From a virus: a DNA stretch of 64,000 bases. Of this stretch, positions 22,030 through 31,392 are shown piece after piece. The stretch is from the IMG/VR virus record IMGVR_UViG_3300031369_000002, positions 24,666-88,665 of that record; one strand, written 5' to 3'. The position numbers and the translations under genes are program-made. The first letter of the stretch is position 1. The number at the start of each line of letters is the position of its first letter. The notes under the pieces were generated by a model that was not told the DNA's origin, made no database searches, and saw nothing but the letters and a program-made list of their open reading frames with translations.

Positions 22030-22719
22030 ATGATCTCTCCTTCAAAAAATTTTATTTATCTTATGGTTATATATTATCATGACACTTTACACATGTCAAG
22101 GATAAATATAAAAAAATAAGAGAGTATCTTAAATACCCTCTCAGCTTTATTACTTCTAATCAATTTTCTTTATATCCTGCCAATTCAAAACATACACATC
22201 TAACTTATACTCATATTTATCCTTAGCATTCTTAATTTTAGTTTTCTTATACCATATAATATTAGCCATAGGAATAGTTATTTCATCTATAGTAATGCCT
22301 ATAGAATTAATAATACACTCAGCTGTACCCGATTCTAAAAGATCACCCTTATAAAAACTATCTACATAGGCATTAAATTTATCAAACATTTAATCATCCT
22401 TTCTATTCAAATACATACTATCAGTTACTATATCTACAACAGCAACCAACTCTATAGACCCTACAATTGCCCCAGCACCTTCGACAACCCGTCCACCAAT
22501 TACACATTTAAAGTTATTATTCTCCATAACTTCCTCCTATTAAGCATCCTTTCTTATAAAACATATTCCTCATAAAAATCCTCAATGGAATAAGTCTCCC
22601 AGGAATCACCATTATTAACCTCAACACAATCCCCATGACAAACAAAATTGCTAGGGTCTACCTTACAAAAAGTCTCTACCATATCCAACATACTACTCAT
22701 AATATTCCTCCTCTTTTAT

Positions 22720-23472
22720 TTAATTAAAAAATTCTTCTAAATCAATATCATAACAATTATACCAGGCATCTGCATGATAACAATTAACGCTGCCATAATT
22801 AACATCAGGTACCTTTTTAATTTCCACCTCATACTTTTTAGAGTAATCCTTCAAAGGTTTCCATCTAAACTTACGATTAGTAAACATCTCAACTTTTTTA
22901 ATGGTAGCATGTTTTTTATTAAATCCTACCTCTTCTCTTAACTTATTAACTTCTCTACTAAGATGAGAAGCAGTCACCATAGCTGTAGCAGTTTTCTTAT
23001 CTGATATCCAGGCTTTAGTTCTAATAGCCTCATCTCTTTCTCCTATAACTACAGCCTTTTCACCCTCTAATTTTTCAATAGATAATTGCTTTTCAGCAGC
23101 TAACATTAAAGCTTCCCCATAAGTTTTAGGTACATTTAAACTATAGCTGCCAGTCTTTCTAATTGAGGGCAATACTTCACTAGTAACCCACTTCTTAAAT
23201 TTCTTAGCTTCCTCTTTCTTACTTGATAAAATTAAGGAATATAACCCAGATTCATTAATGATAGTTACACTATTTGTCCCTAATTCTTGAATTGAGAGAG
23301 TGGCTCTGTCATCTTCATCAACATGTCTTATCAAAGCGTTATACGTATTAGAATAATCTAAAATATGAGCTACATCCACGCCAATAAACCAAGGCTCCCC
23401 TTCAATCTCTAAAGACCTAATTTCAAATCCTAACCCTTTATCATCTTTCCAAACTTGTAACGCACTGTTCAT
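22720..23472 (-). CDS. Bro-N domain antirepressor-like protein
   Basis: EPWFIGVDVAHILDYSN...IINESGLYSLILSSKKEEAKKFKKWVTSEVLPSIRKTGSY. Confidence 0.92.
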   Translation of the reverse strand: MNSALQVWKDDKGLGFEIRSLEIEGEPWFIGVDVAHILDYSNTYNALIRHVDEDDRATLSIQELGTNSVTIINESGLYSLILSSKKEEAKKFKKWVTSEVLPSIRKTGSYSLNVPKTYGEALMLAAEKQLSIEKLEGEKAVVIGERDEAIRTKAWISDKKTATAMVTASHLSREVNKLREEVGFNKKHATIKKVEMFTNRKFRWKPLKDYSKKYEVEIKKVPDVNYGSVNCYHADAWYNCYDIDLEEFFN

Positions 23473-23492
23473 AAAACTCCTCCTAAATATAC

Positions 23493-23629
23493 AAAGCCCC
23501 TATATACCACCAAGTCCGACCTCAGTTATATAGGGGCTTTTACCTTATTATTTAGGTTTTTTAGTTTGGGTCGGATTCAAACCAAAAAACCTACTCAGGT
23601 ATAATATCAAATTTTAGATTTATAGTCAA
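23493..23629 (-). ncRNA. structured 5' leader: two hairpins with complementary loops (kissing loop) upstream of the Bro-N gene
   Basis: TTGACT(23624-29)-17-TATTAT(23601-06); hairpin 23553-23593 loop AAUCCGACC; hairpin 23493-23540 loop contains GGUCGGA. Confidence 0.7.
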
Positions 23630-23964
23630 CCTCTTAATCTTTTTCCTTCATCAATTCCTCTGCACACTCCGCACAAACATTTAAAACCTGCTTTGTTTTT
23701 TTATGCGTCATTTCAATTAAAAAATAATGTACAGTCTTACTACATTTCTCACACTTAGCAGTATATACAGGCCTCACTATATCCCTCCTTTCTACCATTT
23801 TTCGAGTTTACCGTCAATCATCCAGCCATACTTACAGCGACTACAGTAGCACTTTTTAACCTTTACGGTACCACCTTTAACAAACTGGGTATTTTCATCC
23901 ACCTTATCAGACTTGCCACACTGCGGACATACTTCTTTAACAGCCATATCAATCCCTCCTCATA

Positions 23965-24300
23965 CTATACATTAGGAGCATTAGTCCTTAGAACATAACA
24001 TTCAGGAGCAGGCTCCCAGCAAAAAAACATATTATCCTCATTAATTAACCTATCAATAAATACCTGATAATAACCTAAATGCAAACAAACATTATAGCCA
24101 CCAGCTTTGACCGCACTATCCATAGTATCAGCCAATAAATCATATTTTTCTAAGAGTTCTTTTTTAGGTCCAGTTAACTTAAAGTCAAAAGGAGCAAAAG
24201 ATATCCAAACTACCTTTGATTTCTCAGCAACATTACACATTACTTTTGCTGGCTTAATAGAAATCAAAACATTACTTCTATCTAACAATGTAAATCTCAT
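23965..24300 (-). CDS. hypothetical protein
   Basis: ORF with RBS AAGGAGG after a structured leader. Confidence 0.7.
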   Translation of the reverse strand: MRFTLLDRSNVLISIKPAKVMCNVAEKSKVVWISFAPFDFKLTGPKKELLEKYDLLADTMDSAVKAGGYNVCLHLGYYQVFIDRLINEDNMFFCWEPAPECYVLRTNAPNV

Positions 24301-24315
24301 TTCATTCCTCCTTAG

Positions 24316-24610
24316 AATAAATAAAGCCTCTTATTTTATGTTAAAAGTCAGAGTAACATAAAACAAAAGACTATTTTCATCATGTATTATTATATTTAAG
24401 GTTTTAAACTTGACTCTGACAACAACTTTAAAACCTTAGATACTTTAAATAAAATAAGCCTTCTCCTTGCCTATAGTTGTGATAGGACACGCATTTTCGT
24501 CGAAGCAGAAAACTTAAAGACCGCAAGTGGTTTACACAAGCTAGATTACTAAAATCTCTTCGATAACTTCATCCTAAAAACAATATAACACAAAATGATG
24601 TATCAGTCAA
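24316..24610 (-). ncRNA. ~260 nt structured RNA leader ending in a kissing-loop hairpin pair and terminator
   Basis: TTGACT(24605-10)-17-TATATT(24582-87); hairpin 24397-24438 loop UUGUCAGAGU; 19-bp hairpin 24325-24372 (3 G-U pairs) loop CUCUGACUUU. Confidence 0.7.
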
Positions 24611-24619
24611 GCATAAATT

Positions 24620-24773
24620 AAAAACACCCTAGAAAATTCTAGGATGCTAAAACCTGCAACACATTATAAATTATAAGAAAAGTAAAACTAATATTTATCA
24701 CTTATTATCCAGCACATAATAAATGAACCATTCGACTTAAAAGAAGTATAACATATTAAATCATGCCATGCAA
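24620..24773 (-). ncRNA. candidate sRNA (~115 nt)
   Basis: TTGCAT-17-(TGt)TATACT(24745-50); terminator 24624-24647 plus U tract; a new promoter follows. Confidence 0.4.
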
Positions 24774-25103
24774 CTGACAACGAATTTTAATATCACAAGG
24801 ATTAGCTCCAATATTTTTAGCCACTAATCTAAAAGAATAGCCTTGAGGGCCTCCGTTACGATAAGTAGTATATTGACCAAAAGCCGCACTCATAGGAACA
24901 TTAAAAGGCATATTAGGCACATCCTCAACAAGTTCCGAATCTCTTCTTTGAAAATCAATTTCTATATCCTCAGTATTAGTGATCATCATTAAAACATCTC
25001 TAACAAATTGAATATCATTAAACCAACCAGATTTAACAACGCCACCAACATTAAGTCCAGATACATCAATAACTAGACCCTTATCAATATAATTTGTATC
25101 CAT
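24756..25103 (-). CDS. hypothetical beta-rich protein (start MDTNY)
   Basis: GGAGG RBS before the ATG at 25103; the track start (25160) overlaps a terminator. Confidence 0.65.
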   Translation of the reverse strand: MDTNYIDKGLVIDVSGLNVGGVVKSGWFNDIQFVRDVLMMITNTEDIEIDFQRRDSELVEDVPNMPFNVPMSAAFGQYTTYRNGGPQGYSFRLVAKNIGANPCDIKIRCQLHGMI

Positions 25104-25160
25104 AAAATACCTCCAAAATATTAGTATATTTCCATAATAGCATACTCTTTTTACTAACAC

Positions 25161-25294
25161 AAAAAATAGAAGCTTTTGGCTTCTATTTGTATTTATGGTG
25201 TAATCCTCTATATAAATCCGTAAACTTATTTATAGGAAGGAATGACTAAAAGTATTTATAGACACATTATACTTTAGTCATTCACCAAAGTCAA
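25161..25294 (-). ncRNA. candidate sRNA (~95 nt) with anti-SD segment
   Basis: TTGACT(25289-94)-17-TATAAT(25266-71); UUUUAGUCAUUCCUUCCU near the 5' end; internal hairpin; terminator 25164-25188 plus U tract. Confidence 0.55.
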
Positions 25295-25958
25295 ACTTTC
25301 TTCTCAATAATGATTTTAACTTTCTTAGAAACATCCTCTACCAGATCACAATTAAATAAATCTTTTAATTTATTTAAAGCCTGGCCATCCACCCCAGAAT
25401 ATTCCCTATAATCTTCTATCTCATAAAGCACATCATTTAAAACATCCAACTCCGCATAAGATAGAATAGTTTCCTCAGGATATATTTTATCTTTTAATTC
25501 CTCTTTATCATCCTTATCAGGCTCCAAAGAACCATCAAGCCAAAAATATCCCTTTACTTCAACATAAGTTTGATTTTTTAAACCTAATAAATTAATTAAT
25601 ATTGCTTTTAAATGACCCATATGCATCTCATCAGGCCCAACCTTAGAGCCTATTATAGCAGTACATTGCATATGACTTGTCATAAGCTCAGACCTAATAT
25701 AAAACTCTACACTATAATTATATATCTTTTCCATTCTCATTCCTCCACTATAAATACTTTTTGAACCATAATATAAGTACCATCTTTTAAATTTAATAAG
25801 CTTTCTAAAACAGACTCAAGATAACTAAAGGACACCTCATCAGGCCCAACTTTAGATTGGATTGTATCTGAAGATAAAATTCTAGTATTTATAAAATCTG
25901 ACTCAATAGTATATTTGACCACATAATCATAAAATTTATCCATCTTCATTCCTCCCAT
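25291..25958 (-). CDS. tandem paralogous hypothetical genes (25291-25740, 25737-25958)
   Basis: Shared SKVGPDE...L..LL.LK..TY segment. Confidence 0.7.
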
Positions 25959-26181
25959 AAAGCTATTTTAGTATTTCATATCTAAATATAATTTTTTTAA
26001 TTCTTCCAATGACTTATCGGCATAGTCTTTATAACTGCATATAATACTTATAAATTGTTCGCCTAAACTTGCAACTTGATCATTGCAAAAAGTAATTCTA
26101 ACTTGATTATCTTCTATTATCGATATACTAAAAAAATCATATCTTAATGTCATAACCTTATTCCTCCCATAAAGCTATTTT
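25948..26181. repeat. 22-bp direct repeat flanking the 61-aa ORF 25968-26153
   Basis: attcctcccataaagctatttt at 25948-25969 and 26160-26181. Confidence 0.9.
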
Positions 26182-26356
26182 TTATCCAATCCAATTATAT
26201 AATCTCTGATAATATACACAGACTTTTTAAGCATTGTATTATTGCCAAAAGACACTAACCAGACAGCAAAAGCAATTAACCAACCTACTTTAAAACCTAA
26301 AATAATTAAGCCCACAAGCCAAAAAATAAAACCTATACAAATATACTTATTATATT

Positions 26357-26884
26357 TCATTTCTGATCCTCCACTTTTTCCTTAGCTCCAAACTCACTAA
26401 TATGACAACTATTTAATTTATTATTTAAAAAATCAAAGTCGCTTTCAAAACCACCAATATAATCTAATACTCCTAAAACTGTTACTATATCACCAACTTT
26501 TACTTTTAATAATTCTTTATCCGTACTAAAGTTACAATTAAAATAATATGCCTCAATACCATTAACATCATCTTTAGGACTATAAAACTCTATTTCATTC
26601 CAACCATCTATAATATCGTTTATTTCACCAGTTATTCTATATTTTTTCCCTATATACTTATTTTTGGCTACTATCTCATTAAAATGATAATCTTTCATTA
26701 TAGAGGCAAATTCTACATTATCTAAAAGTTTATATTCTTTTATATTCTCCATATAAGAAGGACTTTCAGAGTTATAATCAGGAGTAGCCACCAACCAGCC
26801 AACTACTAAAGACAAAATAATTATGAAAAATATACCTCCTACAATACTAAAACCAATAATTAACAATATTTTATTTATACTCAT
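26357..26884 (-). CDS. membrane-anchored OB-fold (tRNA_anti-like) protein flanked by 14-bp direct repeats
   Basis: N-terminal TM; YHFNEIVAKNKYIGKKYRITGEI...VKVGDIVTVLG; tcatttctgatcct at 26357 and 26881. Confidence 0.7.
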   Translation of the reverse strand: MSINKILLIIGFSIVGGIFFIIILSLVVGWLVATPDYNSESPSYMENIKEYKLLDNVEFASIMKDYHFNEIVAKNKYIGKKYRITGEINDIIDGWNEIEFYSPKDDVNGIEAYYFNCNFSTDKELLKVKVGDIVTVLGVLDYIGGFESDFDFLNNKLNSCHISEFGAKEKVEDQK

Positions 26885-28848
26885 TTCTGATCCTTCCTTT
26901 TCTTGGAGCAATCTCCGCAAACTATAAAACTAAACTCTATATCTTTATTACAATCTTGGCACTTATGGCCTACTATGGTAACTCTAGGCTCCTCAGGTTT
27001 ACCAGTAAAAATCCTCTGACCTACAAAAGGCTTATAATGCAATTGCCTAGTATCCAACTGCCATGCTGTATGCAACATATTAGGCATGGTACCTTCCTCA
27101 TGACACACTCGACAAGCTATACAAAAAGGAACTACACCGTCTCTAGAGTTCCAAAGAATTTCTAAAGCTCCGCAAGCCTTACACCTATACAACATCAAAC
27201 AATAAGCCTCGTTGTATTTATTTTTTTCAATCATTCCTCTACCTCCACTATTAACTGATAATCATCTAAAGACTTATCAGTTTTTATATTTAATACTCTT
27301 TCAAGAGTTCTAAGAACCCATCTTAATTCCCCATATATAGCTAAATTAGCCTCTAATCTTGGCCTATCAAATTGAATCAAATCATATCTCTCTTTAGAAG
27401 CTTTAAAAGCAATCTGTTCTTTTGCCACATGATAAGCACTTAAAAAATCCTCTCTACACTTATAATACAAAGTAACCAGGTCCTCTGTCTCCTGAGAAGA
27501 TAACACATAATTTCTATCCTTGCATTCTTTTCTTTTTTCCTGAAAATTAATAGCCATTAATAACCTCCTTAACCTATAATCATCTTTTTACCCGTAGGCC
27601 CGCATTTAGGGCAATAATTAAACCAGCATCTAAAATCATCAGAGTGTATATTCCACCAATGATAATCTTTGCTGGCTTTAACTGCCTCTTTATGGGTCTT
27701 ACGCTTAATCAGCAGCCCACAGAGATCACATCTTAATTCCCAAAAATTATTAGTATTCTTTAAACTCATAGTTGGCCTCATCATTTAAACAAATATTTAA
27801 CCCTTCCTCAGAACATAAGGCACCATCTTTGAATTTAATTTTAACTTCACCAGAACCATCTAGCTTAGTAACCCAAGCTATACCACTAGCTCCGTTATTC
27901 ATAGAATTTAAACGATTAATCTGCCCCTCTACTTTTTTACCATTAATAATTAAGTTTACTTTTCTTCTAAGAAGAGGATGATCAGCCAATAAATCCTCTA
28001 CAGGGCTATCTAGAAACTTAATGCTATCAGCCTCCACCACAACCACCTGACCGATCATTAATTCCACTATAGCCATAGGGTAAGGGTAAATCCCGTCCAT
28101 ATCAGAAGAACTAGCAGGGGAAAAGCCATGAAACCATCCAACCACATCATAAGTATATTGGCTATTAATATACACCTTTTCAACTAAAACCTTTCTAGGT
28201 TTCTTACCATCTTTACTCATCCTTAAACCTCCCAGGTAGTTTAATATTATGTATGCCATTAATTAATCTTAAGGCATACTCTAAGATTTCATCATCAGAA
28301 GTATTTAACTCAGCAAATACCTTTTTAACTTTTTTCAACTCATACAATGTTTTAACAGACACAGCCAATAACACCTTTTTATCATTCTTAGCACTCATAT
28401 CCTTCTTATCATTCATAATCATTCCTCCTATACCTACACTATATATAAATTCACTTTTGCCCCTAACAAGGTATTATACCGCCGAAGGGGCAAAGTTTAC
28501 TGTTATTTTAAAAAATTTTTAAACTTTTTTATTATACGCTCATATACTTATAAAATTATTATATGCGATTAAATCAGACCTGATTGATTTTAAAGCCTTT
28601 AAGTTAGCTTTAAAGCTATTTAACATATCAGATAAAGTGCCTTCATCCAATAAGGCTAATTGATTAATACTAACCCATAAGGTATACATATAAATATCAG
28701 CGTATTTATACTTAACCTTCAAAGAATCATAAAAACGATTCTTATTTAATCTATTGCCTCTGAGTTTGCTAATAGCATTCTCAATATTAAGGCAATTTTT
28801 AGCTAATAATGACACTTCCATACAAAGTTCTAAATGCATTTTATTCAT
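26881..28848 (-). other. small hypothetical genes (zinc-ribbon and others)
   Basis: ORFs 26881-27234, 27231-27557, 27569-27784, 27750-28259, 28213-28422, 28540-28848. Confidence 0.65.
28441..28510 (-). repeat. dispersed ~70-bp element containing a class II promoter; second copy at 45594-45662
   Basis: atatataaattca...cctaaca(a)ggtattatacc...aaagtttactgttatttt in both copies. Confidence 0.75.
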
Positions 28849-28870
28849 TTAATCATCCTCCAAAAATTAA

Positions 28871-28917
28871 TTTATCTTATGTATCTATATTAACATTATC
28901 CTTTACATATGTCAAGG
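28871..28917 (-). promoter_or_regulatory. Class I promoter preceded by a terminator
   Basis: TTGACA(28910-15)-17-TAATAT, CATAAGATAAA; terminator AATAGATAGGG...CCCTATCTATT about 28931-28958. Confidence 0.8.
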
Positions 28918-28957
28918 AAAAATATAAAAAAATAGATAGGGCATAAACCCTATCTAT

Positions 28958-29179
28958 TTATACTCTATGATTCCAAATCTTAACCGCAGTATCCAAATCC
29001 AAATAAGAAAAAGTATTCACCGCTATTACCTTCTCACTTTTACAATTCTCACAACTCACAGAATAATGATATATTTTTTCAATTTCATTAACTAACCACC
29101 TATCTACGCCCTTAGGTACAGTACCACAAAAAGGGCAACTCTTAATAGGTATCTTAGACTCTATTAACTCATAATCCAT
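28958..29179 (-). CDS. Lar-family restriction alleviation-like zinc protein
   Basis: KSCPFCG...VSCENC...AVKIWNHR. Confidence 0.7.
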   Translation of the reverse strand: MDYELIESKIPIKSCPFCGTVPKGVDRWLVNEIEKIYHYSVSCENCKSEKVIAVNTFSYLDLDTAVKIWNHRV

Positions 29180-29844
29180 TATTTCATCTTTTCAATTACA
29201 GTCTTATATTTAGGTTTGCTGAACCTATAAACCCGATCAGCATAATCAATAAACTCTTTTTGATGAGTTACAAGAATTATCTGCAGGTCCTTTCCTAACT
29301 CAGTAACTAATTTATTAATCACCTTAGCAATTAAAGGTACATACTCAGCCGATAAATTAGCAAAGCTTTCATCTAAAAATAAAACAGGTCTATATTTTTT
29401 AGACTGAAATACCAGGACTAATAATTTCAATAAGAACCCTACTATATTACTTACACCACCACCATGAGACGACATAATATCTGTAGTGACTTCTTTATCC
29501 TCATACATAAAAGTTAAGACAGGTTTAATAGTAAATTGATTTCTTTCTATACTGTTAATAAATTTAAAACTTTTGAACTGTCCTTCAAAAATAATTGATA
29601 AAGCGTAAGATATCAACATTTCAAATTTATCTTGTATATTTCTATGTTCTCTTTCACTAAATTTTTGGAATAGTCTAGCCACCTCTTCCAATATACTAGT
29701 ATCAAATTTAAGCTCTTCCACAACTTTATCCAGATCAGCAATCCTGCTATTTAAATCTTTTAATAATACCTCTTCTCTATTGACCGAAAATTCAAAGGTA
29801 TCAATAGCATTTGATAAAATACCTAATTTATTCATCATTCCCAT
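29179..29844 (-). CDS. SbcC/Rad50-like ATPase, C-terminal half
   Basis: Coiled coil, signature-like SHGGG, Walker B LFLDESFANLS, ILVTHQ H-loop. Confidence 0.85.
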   Translation of the reverse strand: MGMMNKLGILSNAIDTFEFSVNREEVLLKDLNSRIADLDKVVEELKFDTSILEEVARLFQKFSEREHRNIQDKFEMLISYALSIIFEGQFKSFKFINSIERNQFTIKPVLTFMYEDKEVTTDIMSSHGGGVSNIVGFLLKLLVLVFQSKKYRPVLFLDESFANLSAEYVPLIAKVINKLVTELGKDLQIILVTHQKEFIDYADRVYRFSKPKYKTVIEKMK

Positions 29845-29853
29845 TACAACCTC

Positions 29854-30954
29854 CTAATCAAAATCAATTTGTAATTGATTTATAATAGCTAAATTATTAT
29901 CATGCTCAAATAATAAAGGAGCTTTTCTAGTTTTCTTATCATCCCCTAATAAAATCTCTAAGTTAGGATTGTCTATACAAGAAATAGCCCCTAATATATG
30001 CTCATGATTAACTCCTATAGTTCGATCAGCATATGACCAGGACACATCTATTACCTCAGTAGCCATATTACCGTATCTATCCTTAGCCCGCAAAATTAAA
30101 CTATTCTTTTTTAAAGCCAATAAAACTCCTTTTGTATTTTCATCCGCAGTAATCCGCACTCTCCTAATACCCGCTCGCAAAGCTGCCTTATCCACAGATA
30201 ATTTATATTTATTCTTCCTTGCGGGTTCAACTAATAAAGCTTCGACATCAGGATAATCCACATTATTCTTAGTTATTAAAAAGCAATCAATACCTGAGAA
30301 TACTAATATATGGTCCTCAGTCTCCCCAATACCGATATTTTCTGTCTCAGTATTTTTAAGCATTTTTATTAAATCTTCTACAGCTCCAACAGGAAACTGC
30401 AAAGATATATCCTTCAAAGCTTCTAATTTAACCTGTCTAAATATAGCTCCATCAGAAGCCATCACCGACCCTTTAACTACATTAATCATCTGCAAAGCAG
30501 GTCTAACAGATTCCTTAGCAGCAGCCCCTTTTACTTTTAATAAAGCACTTATTAAAGCCAATCTAGGTACATCTATTTTAGTACAAGATTCAATCTTAGG
30601 AATCTCAGGATAATCATCAGGATTCATTAAATGTATAGACCACTCAGCCCCAGCACACTTAATTAAGGCTTTATCATCAGCCACAGAGATTAAAACTATA
30701 TCATCCTCACAACCATTAATAATCTCTTTTAAGGTTTTACCAGGAAATATGGCCTTACCTGAGGACTCTATTTCAATTAAATCACTAGAAGCCCTGATAG
30801 AAAGTTCTAAATCAGTAGCTATTATTTCAATGTCTTTATCTACTTTTATATGAAAGTTTTTAAGTATTGGCATAAAATCGCCTTTTGACAATAATACTGC
30901 AGAGGCCTTATTTAATAAAGCCTCTAATACAAATTTTTTAATCCTAAATTTCAT
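29854..30954 (-). CDS. dnaN: DNA polymerase III beta sliding clamp
   Basis: 366 aa; MPILKNFHI, IATDLELSI, DDYPEIP, RPALQMIN, MASDG, DYPDVE. Confidence 0.88.
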   Translation of the reverse strand: MKFRIKKFVLEALLNKASAVLLSKGDFMPILKNFHIKVDKDIEIIATDLELSIRASSDLIEIESSGKAIFPGKTLKEIINGCEDDIVLISVADDKALIKCAGAEWSIHLMNPDDYPEIPKIESCTKIDVPRLALISALLKVKGAAAKESVRPALQMINVVKGSVMASDGAIFRQVKLEALKDISLQFPVGAVEDLIKMLKNTETENIGIGETEDHILVFSGIDCFLITKNNVDYPDVEALLVEPARKNKYKLSVDKAALRAGIRRVRITADENTKGVLLALKKNSLILRAKDRYGNMATEVIDVSWSYADRTIGVNHEHILGAISCIDNPNLEILLGDDKKTRKAPLLFEHDNNLAIINQLQIDFD

Positions 30955-31220
30955 AGTAATCCTCCTGCTTTTAATTTAGCTTCTATATCATTTAATTCTT
31001 TTTCTATCTCTGCCTCTAAAATTTCTTTTTTCTTAACTAGATCATCATAATCCTTAATTCCAAATTTCTCTTTAGCACCAGTTAACAACTCATTATAAGA
31101 ATTACTATTAATTTCTAATTCTCTCTCAGCTACAGCCAATTTTCTCTTACCATCTTCAACAGCAATTTTACACTTTTCATATCTTTTAGTTAAATCTGTC
31201 ATATCTAAACAACTCCTCAT
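30951..31220 (-). CDS. coiled-coil protein (possible third SbcC piece)
   Basis: All-helical heptad pattern, located within the SbcCD cluster. Confidence 0.55.
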   Translation of the reverse strand: MRSCLDMTDLTKRYEKCKIAVEDGKRKLAVAERELEINSNSYNELLTGAKEKFGIKDYDDLVKKKEILEAEIEKELNDIEAKLKAGGLL

Positions 31221-31392
31221 TAAATTTTTTAAACTACTTTAGTTTTGCACTGAGGACAATACCACTCGCCCTTTATTTTTTCATAGCATTTATTATGAAC
31301 ATCAGCCCCACAACCTTGACATGTAGAATAAATATAACCCTCAACAGGCTCATTACATATATCACAAATGACATAACCATTTAAATCTTTGC

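Noticed and set aside
23570-23584. GGTTTGAATCC resembling a tRNA T-arm
   Set aside because: No acceptor, D or anticodon arms; it is part of a simple 16-bp hairpin. No tRNA genes were recognised in the window
24470-24520. GACGAAA suggesting a hammerhead ribozyme
   Set aside because: No CUGANGA core found at a compatible position
2900-25260. CAU (anti-start codon) near the 5' end of most candidate sRNAs as a universal antisense rule
   Set aside because: CAT is expected often by chance in AT-rich 40-nt windows; kept only where an anti-SD is adjacent
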